Of a stretch of DNA of 64,000 nt, positions 13,797 through 22,906 are shown in pieces (positions within the stretch are counted from its first letter, which is position 1; every line of letters starts with the position of its first letter). The translations under genes and the position numbers were made by a program. The DNA comes from an uncultured Actinomycetota bacterium (GTDB lineage Bacteria; Actinomycetota; Actinomycetes; Propionibacteriales; Kribbellaceae), in NCBI GenBank assembly GCA_963748245.1, contig CAVVIA010000006.1, positions 474,050-538,049 on the forward strand, written 5' to 3'. The notes beneath the pieces were generated by a model. The model did no database searches. It was not told the origin of the DNA and was given only the letters and a program-made list of their open reading frames with translations.

Positions 13797-14849
13797 TTAG
13801 GCGGCGGGGCGGTTGGGGGTGGGGCGGCGGCGTAGGTGGGGGTGGAGGATGGGGGGTGGGTTGTAGGCCATGTCGAGGCGGCCGATGTCGGTGCCGGGTG
13901 GGACGATTTCGTCGATCTGGTCGAGGATGTCGTCGGTGAGGGTGACGTCGACGCCGGCGAGGAGGTCGTCGAGTTGCTCCATGGTGCGCGGCCCGATGAT
14001 CGCGGACGTGACGCCGGGGTGGGTGATGGCGAACGCCATGGCCAGATGCGTCAGCGGCATCTTGGCGTCCTCGGCCAGCTCGATGAGCTGCTCGACGGCG
14101 TCCAGGCGGCGCTCGTCGCTCAGGTGCCGGAAGCCGAACTGAGACCGGTGCGTGCTGTTCTCCTGGTCCTTGCGGTACCGGCCGGTGAGCAGGCCGCCGG
14201 CAAGCGGGCTCCAGACCAGCGTGCCCATGCCGTACTCCTGCACCACCGGGAGGACCTCGCGCTCGATGCCGCGATTGAGGATCGAGTACGGCGGCTGCTC
14301 GGTGCGGAGCCGGATCAGGCCACGCCGCTCGGCGACCCAGTGGGCGTGGACGAGATCCGAGGCGGGCATGGAGGACGTGCCGATGGCTCGAACCTTGCCG
14401 GCCCGCACCAGGTCGGTCAGCACCGACAGGGTCTCTTCGATGTCGGTGTCGGGGTCGGGCTGGTGAATCTGGAACAGGTCGAGGTAGTCCGTGCCCAGCC
14501 GGCGCAGCGAGTCGTCCAGCGCGCGGATCAGCCAGCCGCGGGACGCGCCGGACCGGTTGGGAACCTCCGGGGTCGCGCCGCTGGGGTCGAAGTTCACCGG
14601 GAACCGGGCCTTGGTGGCGAGGACGACGTCGTCACGGCGCCCCTTGAGCGCCTTGCCGACGATCTCCTCCGACTCGCCGCGGGAGTACATGTCGGCGGTG
14701 TCGACGAAGTTGATCCCGGCATCCAGCGCTTTGTGAATGATCCGGATCGAGTCGTCGTGGTCGGGGTTGCCGACGGCCCCGAACATCATCGCGCCGAGCG
14801 CGTAGGGGCTGACCTTGATGCCGGTCCGGCCGAGGGTGCGGTAATGCAT
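13797..14849 (-). CDS. Aldo/keto reductase
   Basis: LGRTGIKVS, DTADMYS, LATK, LDLFQIH, EQPPYS, WSPLAGG. Confidence 0.95.
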   Translation of the reverse strand: MHYRTLGRTGIKVSPYALGAMMFGAVGNPDHDDSIRIIHKALDAGINFVDTADMYSRGESEEIVGKALKGRRDDVVLATKARFPVNFDPSGATPEVPNRSGASRGWLIRALDDSLRRLGTDYLDLFQIHQPDPDTDIEETLSVLTDLVRAGKVRAIGTSSMPASDLVHAHWVAERRGLIRLRTEQPPYSILNRGIEREVLPVVQEYGMGTLVWSPLAGGLLTGRYRKDQENSTHRSQFGFRHLSDERRLDAVEQLIELAEDAKMPLTHLAMAFAITHPGVTSAIIGPRTMEQLDDLLAGVDVTLTDDILDQIDEIVPPGTDIGRLDMAYNPPPILHPHLRRRPTPNRPAA

Positions 14850-14874
14850 ATGTCTTCTTCTCCTGAGGTTGTGG

Positions 14875-15873
14875 TTATGCCTTGAGCAGTTGCTCGCTGA
14901 GATCCCAGAGCCGCGCTGCCGACACCGGGTCGATGGCGTGCGGTACGACGGTCGACTCGACGATCGGCTCGCTGCCGAACACGATCGGCTTCGGGTCGTC
15001 GTCCAGCGGTGAGATGTCGTTGTCCTTCAGATAGACGCCGCCGATCTCGGCCAGCAGCGGGCTGGTCGCCCCGAACACGCTGGTGCTCGCCCCCTGCTGC
15101 GGAGTCTTCTTCTCCTGGTCGGGGTCGATGATCGGGCGGCCGGATTCGTCGATCAGCTCCATGGCGATGTTCATGGTCCGCATCTCGTCCGCGGGGACCG
15201 AGCGACCCAGGTTCGTACTGACGACGACGCCCGGGTGTACGGCGTACCCGCGGATCCCCTCGTCGGCCCAGAGGCGGTCCAGTTCGACGGCGAACAGGAC
15301 GTTGGCGGTCTTGGACTGGCCGTAGGCGAGCATCGGGTCGTAGCCGGTGGTGAAGTGCGGGTCGTCCCAGCGGATGTCGGAGAGCCGGTGACCGCCGGAC
15401 GTCACGTTGACGACTCGAGCGCCGTGGGCGGCGCGCAACGCGGGCAGCAGACCCTGGGTCAGCTGGAAGTGGCCGAGATGGTTGGTCGCGAACTGCGCCT
15501 CGTAGCCGCGCGCATCGCGAACGAGCGGGCCGGCTCCGATGCCGGCGTTGTTGACGAGGATGTGGAGCGGACGGCCGGATTCGACGTACCGGGCGGCGAA
15601 GGCGTCGATCGACGCTGGGTCGAGCAGGTCCAGCGGACCGACCTCGACGCGCTCGATCCCGGTCAGAGCGACCGCGGCGCGGTCCGGATTGCGCGCGCCG
15701 ACCGTGACGGTTGCGCCGGCCTTGCTGAGCGCGCGGGTCGTCTCCAGGCCGATCCCGCCGTGGCCGCCGGTCACGATGACGTTCGTGCCGGACAGGTCGA
15801 CGCCGCGGAGAATGTCGTCGGCCGTCGACGCGGCGGTGAATCCGCTGCCGATGGGGTGTTGTCGCTGTGTCAT
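14875..15873 (-). CDS. Short-chain dehydrogenase/reductase (retinol dehydrogenase-like)
   Basis: TGGHGGIG, NNAG, NHLGHF, YGQSK. Confidence 0.95.
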   Translation of the reverse strand: MTQRQHPIGSGFTAASTADDILRGVDLSGTNVIVTGGHGGIGLETTRALSKAGATVTVGARNPDRAAVALTGIERVEVGPLDLLDPASIDAFAARYVESGRPLHILVNNAGIGAGPLVRDARGYEAQFATNHLGHFQLTQGLLPALRAAHGARVVNVTSGGHRLSDIRWDDPHFTTGYDPMLAYGQSKTANVLFAVELDRLWADEGIRGYAVHPGVVVSTNLGRSVPADEMRTMNIAMELIDESGRPIIDPDQEKKTPQQGASTSVFGATSPLLAEIGGVYLKDNDISPLDDDPKPIVFGSEPIVESTVVPHAIDPVSAARLWDLSEQLLKA

Positions 15874-15946
15874 GCTGCCAGTCTGTTCCGCCCTCGGCGT
15901 ACTCTGAATAGTTGTCAGTTCGTATTTCTTGCGCGAGAGTACGGAT

Positions 15947-16909
15947 GTGGAGACTGATCAGCTGTCCGAGGTGTTCGACCTCGTCGAGGTCCGCGGCCTG
16001 ATGTCAGGCGGTTTCGCGGTGCGCGGCCGGTGGGGGGCACGCACCGCACTCGGCGAGCCACTGAAGTTCATCGCAGTGGTGTGCGGACGGGCCCGGCTGA
16101 CCACCGACGGCATCGACGGGCCGATCGAGCTCGAACCGGGTGACGTCGCCATCCTGAACAACCGGTCGTGGCTGGAGCTCGAAGGCGGTACCGGCGACGG
16201 CCCGCGCCGCGAGATCGTGCCGGTGCCCGGCTTCCCGTCTCCTCTCCTCGCCGCCGTCGACAGTGAAGTCGATGACGTCGTCATGGGCGGCCGCATCGAC
16301 CTCAACTCGGTCGGCCAGGCCCTGCTGCAGCAGGCGCTTCCACCAGTGGGACACGTCCGGGCGTCGGCTGCGACCAACAACCTCCGCGGGAGTCTCCACC
16401 GACTGTTCGACGAGGTGACTTCGAACAGATTGGGCTCCGCGTTCGCCATCCGGCAGCACAGCCAGCTCGTGCTGCTCGAGGTACTGCGTGCCTACATCGA
16501 CCAAGCCGAGCTGCCGCCGGGATGGCTCCGGGTGCTGACCGACGAACGGCTGCGGCCGGCGCTCCGGATCATGCATGCCGAACCTGGGAAGTCGTGGGGA
16601 TTGGAAGAGCTGGCGCGGGCCGCGGCGATGTCGCGGACGTCGTTCGCCGAACGCTTCCGGACCGTGGCCGGCGTGCCGCCGCTCGCCTATCTCAACCGCT
16701 GGCGGATGCTCCTGGCGCAGCGCGCGCTGCGAGACGCCGACGTCCGCGTCGGTTCGCTGGCGTTCGATCTCGGCTATGCGTCGGAGAGTGCGTTCAGCAC
16801 CGCGTTCAAACGCGAGGTGGGCGAGTCGCCGCTGCGCTACCGTCACCGTGTGCGCGGTGAAGCTTCGGCCGACAGCGCCGAGCCCGTCGAGGCAGCAAGC
16901 GGACTGTGA
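15947..16909 (+). CDS. AraC-family regulator with cupin domain
   Basis: LARAAAMSRTSFAERF and LGYASESAFSTAFKR; divergent from the SDR-AKR pair. Confidence 0.95.
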   Translation: METDQLSEVFDLVEVRGLMSGGFAVRGRWGARTALGEPLKFIAVVCGRARLTTDGIDGPIELEPGDVAILNNRSWLELEGGTGDGPRREIVPVPGFPSPLLAAVDSEVDDVVMGGRIDLNSVGQALLQQALPPVGHVRASAATNNLRGSLHRLFDEVTSNRLGSAFAIRQHSQLVLLEVLRAYIDQAELPPGWLRVLTDERLRPALRIMHAEPGKSWGLEELARAAAMSRTSFAERFRTVAGVPPLAYLNRWRMLLAQRALRDADVRVGSLAFDLGYASESAFSTAFKREVGESPLRYRHRVRGEASADSAEPVEAASGL

Positions 16910-16916
16910 CCGCCGA

Positions 16917-19900
16917 CTATGGAGTGAGCGTGGGGGAGGCGAGCTCCAGGGTCGGGGTTGGGCCTCGGTAGGACTCCAGCCAGGTGCGGAGGAGTTCTAC
17001 GCGGTCGCCGTACTCCTCGTTGCCCTTGACCACCGGTGCCTGGTTATAGGCCATGGTGTCGGAGCTGCGGCGGAGTTTGACGTAGAGCCGCGACGACGAC
17101 AGCGCGTAGCGCTCCATGTCGTCCTGGAGGGCGCCGATGACGGTGATGTTGCGGTCGCGGCCGATCTGCTCGAACAGGGCGACGGCCTCGCGGCGGTGCT
17201 GCGAACCGAGATTGCGGCCGAGCTCGTCGAGGATCAGCAGCAGCGGACGGTCCGAACCACCGGCGAGGGCGGCGGCGCAGACCAGCTTGACCGCCTTCTC
17301 GTCCATCTGGGCGGTGTTGCCCTTCACGTTGAACGCCGAGAACGGGCCGCCCTCCGAACGCCGCCACTTCGGCGTGACCGTCCAGCGCCACGGCTTGTCG
17401 GGCTCGGCCGGCGGGTCGGGTTCGGGGAACTCGAGCTTCGCGCCGTACCCGCCGTACTGCTGGTCGAGCCGGTCGAACTCCTGCGAGACCAGGCGGAGCC
17501 GCGCTTTGATGCCGTCGGCAAGGGATGCGCGGTGGGCGCGCGCGGTGCTCTCGGCCTCGTCGAGTCCTTCGCGAGCGCGTTCGAGGGCAGCGTTGCGTTC
17601 GGCGCGTTGGCTGGCGATCTGCTGTTGCTGCAGGCTGTCGAACGTCTCGTGCTGCGCGAGGTGGCTGCTCAGCGTCCGATGCAGCGCCGGCACCAGGCCG
17701 ACGCGGGCGCCGAGTGTGCCGTTCGTCCAGCCGTCCGGGCCGTTCAGGATCTCCCAGAGCTCGGTCGGGATCTCCTCGCGCGAGCGCGCGTTCGGGAAGC
17801 AGCGGCGGATGACGTCGTCGATCTGTGTGCAGGCCTGGTGGTTCCAGTCGGCCGTCGTACGGCGCTGTGCGTCGTCAGGCAATCCGAGGATGAACTCCTC
17901 GGCCTCCGCCGGCGTCGACCCCCAGGCGGTGGCCCGGGCCACCAGGTCGAGCGAAGTCTGCTCTTCGATGAGCGTCAGCCGTCGGCCGGTGAGGTCGTCG
18001 AGGAGCCGCTCGTGGTCGCGGCGGGTCGCTTCGAGGTTCTTGAGCCGTTCGTCGCGGACGAGTTGCTGGCCGGCCGCGGCCTCCGCGGACTCCTTGGCGG
18101 CCTGGAGCTGCGGCGCGAGCGAATCGCGGTCGGTCTCGTGCCGGTCGATCGACTCGCGCAGGGCGAGGATCTGCTCCTGCACCGACTCCGCGTCGGCCAG
18201 CGCGCGGGCGGCCGCCGTACGACGCTCTGCCTGCTCGACCCGGGCCCGGGCCTGCTCGAGGGCTGCGGATGCGACGGAACGCGCCTCGACCGCGGCCTCG
18301 AGTCGGCGGCGGGCGGCCTCGATCCGAGCGGTCCGGCCGGTCAGCGGTTCGTCGAACTGCCCGACCGCGACGACACCGGCGACGTCGTCGATGTTCTCCT
18401 TGGTGGCGCGTTCGCCGAGCGTCGCGAAGAACCCGTCCAGGCTGAACCGCTTGTCCGCGGACTTCGGCCCGCGCTTGGCACCCCTGCCCGCAGCGCCCTT
18501 GTCCGCGGCACCCTTGTCCGTGGCACCGGGCCGATTCGCCAGCACCAGCAGGAATCCGGCGTACCCGGCATCCGACAGAGCCGTCGACGCGACCGCCACG
18601 TCGCCGGCGTCGATGACGACGGCTTCCCGGTACGGCGCCAGCCGCGGCTCCCACTCGGCTCGCTCCGCTGCCGACAACTCGGTGATGTCGGTGAGCGCGC
18701 CGCACTCGATGCCCGCGTTCTCCAGCACCTGCTGCTGAGGCGCCGACACGGTCTGGCCGCTCTCGGCCTCCCGCAGCTCGGCGGTCGCGAAATCGACCGC
18801 GGACCGAGCGGCGTGGTCGCGCCCGATGTGCTCCTCGAGTACGGCGCGCGCCTCGTCCTGCTCGTCAGCGGCAGCGGCCAGATCGCGGCCGTCCGCCGAA
18901 CGGCCCGCATCCAGCAGTCGCCGGTGCTCCTGCCCGAGTCGCTCCAGTTGGTCGCGCACCGAACGCTGCGCGAGGTCGAGCTCGCGGTCCCGCGCGTCCA
19001 GCTTGTCCCGTTCCTGACGGGTCAGCTGGACGTCCCGGAGCAACACCTCCTCGTTGCCAAAGGCATCGATCTCGGTGTCGACCGCTTCACGGCGCGCTTC
19101 CTGCTCGGCGACCCGTTCGTCGAGTACGGCGAGCTCCTGCAGGATCTCGCTGTTCCGCGCGTCGCCGTCGATGAGGTACCGGGCGCAGCGCGCCTGCCAG
19201 GACTCCTTCGCCGCCGCGAGCGCGTCCCGGGCCGCGGCGCGCTGCAGGATGCCGGCCTCGACCGCTGCCATCTCCTGCTCCCAGCGCTGCAGGTCGGCCG
19301 TCGCCTGCTTGGTCGCCTCGCGCTGAGTGTGTTCGGCGGATCGGTGCGCCTGCTCCTGCTCGAGCTCGTGGTCGAGTCCGGTGAGCGTGGCGATCGCGTT
19401 GAAGATCCGGGCCGGGCCGAGTTCGTTCAGCGGCTCGGCGAGCAGGTTCGCGGTCGGGCTCGACCGGACCGAGGTCGACAGGAACGAGACGCACCGCACC
19501 TGGCCGCCGTACAGAACGGTGGACAGCTTGTTCGCGTGGAAGTCGGTACGGCCGTTCGAGTGCGGCAGCGCCGCCCACAGCGCGTCGGCGCCCGCGGCAC
19601 GCTCGGCCTCGGTCGCGCCGTACGGGACGTGCAGGCCGTTCTTCCAGCGCAGGTCGATGTACGACGCCTTGCGATTGATCCGGATCCACACGGTGATCGC
19701 GGCGGCCTCGATCTCGCTGAGATCGGTGAGCTCGGGATCGGAGAAGACACCGATGATGTAGCCGCGGTCGACGTTCGACCAGTTGCCTTCCTGGCCGGCG
19801 GCCTCGGCGGTGAACAGCAGCTCGGCCGCTCCGGGCGCACCGCTGGTCAGACGCCACTGGTCGTCAGCGTGCAGCAGGCTGAGCGCGGCGATCCAGGAGG

Positions 19901-20072
19901 ACTTGCCGGCGCCGTTCGAGTCGGTCGGGCCTTGACCGGCGACCGTGACGAGGCCTTGGCCGACCATCGGGATCGGGTGCGTCGACAGCCGTGACAGGTC
20001 GACGACCTGGACGCCGAGCAGCACCTTCGACCCGAGGATGTCGAACGGACCGTCCTCCACCGGAGTACTCAT
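16917..20072 (-). CDS. SMC/MukB/JetC-like coiled-coil ATPase
   Basis: 1051 aa: N-terminal Walker A (SNGAGKSS), two long coiled-coil arms flanking a central globular hinge-like region, C-terminal Walker B (LLILDE). Confidence 0.85.
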   Translation of the reverse strand: MSTPVEDGPFDILGSKVLLGVQVVDLSRLSTHPIPMVGQGLVTVAGQGPTDSNGAGKSSWIAALSLLHADDQWRLTSGAPGAAELLFTAEAAGQEGNWSNVDRGYIIGVFSDPELTDLSEIEAAAITVWIRINRKASYIDLRWKNGLHVPYGATEAERAAGADALWAALPHSNGRTDFHANKLSTVLYGGQVRCVSFLSTSVRSSPTANLLAEPLNELGPARIFNAIATLTGLDHELEQEQAHRSAEHTQREATKQATADLQRWEQEMAAVEAGILQRAAARDALAAAKESWQARCARYLIDGDARNSEILQELAVLDERVAEQEARREAVDTEIDAFGNEEVLLRDVQLTRQERDKLDARDRELDLAQRSVRDQLERLGQEHRRLLDAGRSADGRDLAAAADEQDEARAVLEEHIGRDHAARSAVDFATAELREAESGQTVSAPQQQVLENAGIECGALTDITELSAAERAEWEPRLAPYREAVVIDAGDVAVASTALSDAGYAGFLLVLANRPGATDKGAADKGAAGRGAKRGPKSADKRFSLDGFFATLGERATKENIDDVAGVVAVGQFDEPLTGRTARIEAARRRLEAAVEARSVASAALEQARARVEQAERRTAAARALADAESVQEQILALRESIDRHETDRDSLAPQLQAAKESAEAAAGQQLVRDERLKNLEATRRDHERLLDDLTGRRLTLIEEQTSLDLVARATAWGSTPAEAEEFILGLPDDAQRRTTADWNHQACTQIDDVIRRCFPNARSREEIPTELWEILNGPDGWTNGTLGARVGLVPALHRTLSSHLAQHETFDSLQQQQIASQRAERNAALERAREGLDEAESTARAHRASLADGIKARLRLVSQEFDRLDQQYGGYGAKLEFPEPDPPAEPDKPWRWTVTPKWRRSEGGPFSAFNVKGNTAQMDEKAVKLVCAAALAGGSDRPLLLILDELGRNLGSQHRREAVALFEQIGRDRNITVIGALQDDMERYALSSSRLYVKLRRSSDTMAYNQAPVVKGNEEYGDRVELLRTWLESYRGPTPTLELASPTLTP

Positions 20073-20752
20073 GCGCTTCCTTCCACGGTGTCTTGCTCTG
20101 TAGTGCTGTTCGTGCTGGCTGAGGTTCCGTTGCGGGCGCGGATGGCTTCCGCGATGGGGCTGGCTGGAGCGGCGGCCAGGATGAGCTGGTCCTGGAGGCG
20201 GCGTCGAGCGGCCGGCGTGAGTCGTTGGAGCTGGGGACCAGGGATGTAGCTCGGTCCGCCAGAGTGATCGCCGGACAGCTGGATCAACCCCGCCGCCCGC
20301 AGACGCTGGAGTGCAAGACGACGTTCCTCGCCGCTGATCTTGGTGGTTCGCAGCTCGTCGACGGTCGTCGGCCGGGCTGATTTCCAGCTGTCGCCGGTCA
20401 GGATCCCTTCGCTGCGGGGGATCGCGACCGAGTGGACCAGCACGAGGACAAGCACCGCACGGTCAACGACCGACAGCGGCTGCCAGCCCTGCGCGGTCAG
20501 AGTCGCCGCGATGTCGTCCGCATACCCCGCGGTCCAGTGCGTGCCGTCGACGTGCACCAGGGTCCGACCGATCAGCTTCAGCATCCGTGCGACATGTCGA
20601 CGTAGCGTCACGTCACGCAGACCGGCCAACTGCACCTCGGCCACCGGATGCGCCGCGTACTGCACCGCGCTGAAGGCAGCCAGCACCTCGTCGCGCGCCC
20701 GATCACTCAGATCCTGCAGCAGGGAATCGAACAGCACATGCTGCTCAGTCAT
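20069..20752 (-). CDS. Winged-helix KITE-like (MksE/JetB-like) subunit 2
   Basis: LSVVDRAVLVLVLVH...TVDEL...ALQRLRAAGLI...YIPGPQL; ATGA overlap with the SMC gene. Confidence 0.6.
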   Translation of the reverse strand: MTEQHVLFDSLLQDLSDRARDEVLAAFSAVQYAAHPVAEVQLAGLRDVTLRRHVARMLKLIGRTLVHVDGTHWTAGYADDIAATLTAQGWQPLSVVDRAVLVLVLVHSVAIPRSEGILTGDSWKSARPTTVDELRTTKISGEERRLALQRLRAAGLIQLSGDHSGGPSYIPGPQLQRLTPAARRRLQDQLILAAAPASPIAEAIRARNGTSASTNSTTEQDTVEGSA

Positions 20753-21365
20753 CAGCCACCTCCGCAGGCAGCGGATCCGATTCCGGCTCCGGAGGCGGTT
20801 CGCCGGCCAGGACTGCCGGCGGCGGGTCGGGAAGATGGCGGCAGAGATCCCGGAGGGTGGCTTCGTCGGCGGCTGTCCACGTGATGACGCGCGGGCCGAG
20901 GCGCACCTCGCCGGCCTTCTCGTTCCACAGCAGCCAATGAGTCGCGTGCAGGCGGCGAAGACTGCCGATGATCAGCGTCAGGTCGCTCGACTGCTCGGGT
21001 CGCCCGCGCATCCCGGCGTACACGGACCTGATCTGCGCGAGCGTGCCGACAGAGCCGGGCCACGCCGACCCGCTCCGATCCGTCCAGCAGCACGCGACGC
21101 AGATAGAGAGCACACGCGCCGTCTCGTTCGGCTGCTCGACAGCGACCGGGGGAGCGCCCAACTCCTCCAGCACCGTGTGACCAGCGCCCGACGGCAACGT
21201 CGGCACCAGCCAGACTGTGGATCCATCCGGCGACGCGGCACGCGTCAGCCCTGCCACTGCAGGCGTATCCGGCTCAACCTCCAGCGGCCCCGCCGACTGA
21301 ACCTTCGCCCACCACAACGCGTTGTAGAGCCGCCGCTCGACGGCCTCCGACGACGGCGTACTCAT
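20745..21365 (-). CDS. Winged-helix KITE-like (MksE/JetB-like) subunit 1
   Basis: ETARVLSICVACCW...TLAQI...SLRRLHATHWL...EVRLGPRV; overlaps both neighbours. Confidence 0.55.
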   Translation of the reverse strand: MSTPSSEAVERRLYNALWWAKVQSAGPLEVEPDTPAVAGLTRAASPDGSTVWLVPTLPSGAGHTVLEELGAPPVAVEQPNETARVLSICVACCWTDRSGSAWPGSVGTLAQIRSVYAGMRGRPEQSSDLTLIIGSLRRLHATHWLLWNEKAGEVRLGPRVITWTAADEATLRDLCRHLPDPPPAVLAGEPPPEPESDPLPAEVADD

Positions 21366-22552
21366 TGCGTCACCCGCCTGAAGACACCCTCGGTCGCCCA
21401 TGGCGTCCCGGCGTTCGGGTCGATCCGCATCCCGTCCGACCACACCAGCTCGTACTCGAGCTCGTCATGCAGATGTGCCGCCGTCAGCTCAGCCAGGACG
21501 CGCCGAGCCGTGATCCAGTCCCCGGCCTGGTCAACCACCTCGACGATGTCCACCGACGGGCGCCCGGCCAGCACCCGCTCGGCCTCGGCCCGCAACTCCT
21601 CGCGGTCCGTCGCGGCCGCCGACTCCGGCGCGACAACGTCCTCGGTCGGCCGCGGCGGCGCCATTCGGGCGGTCCCGGTACGGCGTCCTGTCTCGACTGC
21701 CTCCACCATCGTCTGCGGCGAGAAGTCCGGCGCGGCCGCGTCGAACAGCAGCCCGTCGAGCACACCCGCGAGTACGTCGGGCTCACTGCTCCGCGCGAAC
21801 GTCAGCCACGTCTCGATCGGGAGCAGCCCGAGTGCGCGCGTCGTACCAGCTCTTTCGACCAGTCGTCCCGCGGCCAGCTGTACGGCGTCGGCGTACGCGG
21901 CCAGCGCCATCCGGAGCGAGGTACACGCGCGATGCAGCGTCGGCCACCGCTCCAGCACGATGCGGTGCACCTTCTCCGCCTGCTCGATCAGCCGCTCGTT
22001 ACCCCACGCGAGCTGCGCGTTCTCCCGCAGCTGTGCGGTCGTGCTGGTCGAGACCAGGATCGCGAGCTCGTTGCCGAGCAGCCGGAACACCTTCGTCAGC
22101 CGCTCGGTCGAGGCCAGCCCTTCGTCCTCGGTCGCGCTCGGATCGCTGACGCTGTGCGCCTCGAGTGTGAGCAGTTGGTGCAGCTCGGCCTGACCGCCCT
22201 GGACCGACATGCGGCGCAGGAACATCAGCATCACGTACGGCGCGAAGGCGGCCCGGTGACGCAGTTCGTTCGGCCGGTCGACGAGCTTGGTGATGGCGCC
22301 GTACTGCCGGAGTACGTCGAAGCGCCGCACGATCACGTCATGCGGGTAGGCGCGGCAGGCCAGCGTCGCCTGCTCGACCGTGAGCCCGTCGCTGCCGGCC
22401 TCGGCGAACGCGTCCAGGATCGCCTGGTCGACGTCGAGCAGGTCCGGGTCGACGATCATCGCGCCGGCCTCACGGGCGAGAACGGCGAAGACCTGACGGT
22501 AGACGCGCAGTACGGCCGCCTCGGCCTCAGCGTCCAGCAACGTCGCGTCCAT
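21362..22552 (-). CDS. Kleisin-like (MksF/JetA-like) protein
   Basis: GGAGGAG RBS before ATG 22552; 396 aa with N-terminal wHTH-like segment (GLTVEQ...RRFDVLRQYGAI), helical middle and C-terminal wHTH-like segment; first gene of the operon. Confidence 0.55.
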   Translation of the reverse strand: MDATLLDAEAEAAVLRVYRQVFAVLAREAGAMIVDPDLLDVDQAILDAFAEAGSDGLTVEQATLACRAYPHDVIVRRFDVLRQYGAITKLVDRPNELRHRAAFAPYVMLMFLRRMSVQGGQAELHQLLTLEAHSVSDPSATEDEGLASTERLTKVFRLLGNELAILVSTSTTAQLRENAQLAWGNERLIEQAEKVHRIVLERWPTLHRACTSLRMALAAYADAVQLAAGRLVERAGTTRALGLLPIETWLTFARSSEPDVLAGVLDGLLFDAAAPDFSPQTMVEAVETGRRTGTARMAPPRPTEDVVAPESAAATDREELRAEAERVLAGRPSVDIVEVVDQAGDWITARRVLAELTAAHLHDELEYELVWSDGMRIDPNAGTPWATEGVFRRVTQ

Positions 22553-22620
22553 CGCTCCTCCTCCCGTGTGGCACCGCCCCCGCGAGCGACCGGCAACCAG
22601 AGAAGGGACTCTAACCACCC

Positions 22621-22733
22621 ACACCGACAGACCAAAACCGGGTTGCCCAGGGCCTGTGGACAAGTGCAAAGACGGGGATGGGGTGGGCGACACCGACAGA
22701 CCAAAACCGGGTTCGTCCTGGGCCTGTGGAAAA
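22621..22733. repeat. Two ~43-bp direct repeats, each ending in a DnaA-box-like 9-mer
   Basis: ACACCGACAGACCAAAACCGGGTT...GGGCCTGTGGA(CAA/AAA) at 22621-22663 and 22690-22733. Confidence 0.8.
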
Positions 22734-22906
22734 CCGGGTGACGGGGTCGGTGGGGCTGCCTACCATCCGAAGGGTGAAGAGAATCCTTGGCTGATGCGGT
22801 CCAGGTAGACCGCGTCCAGACCACGGCGCCTTCGGGCGTTCGCCACGCCGGCGTGGACCCATCACAGGGTCCCCGGCGCGCTTGCTGATTCTCTCCTTCC
22901 GGAGCC

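Noticed and set aside
16575..19994. 1139-aa + strand ORF (and similar long antisense ORFs at 27972, 35698, 54223, 58605)
   Set aside because: Shadow ORFs caused by high-GC codon bias on the opposite strand of genes with clear motifs.
16917..22552. Assigning jetABCD or mukBEF gene symbols
   Set aside because: No Toprim/JetD gene, an extra small subunit and divergent motifs; orthology cannot be established by eye.
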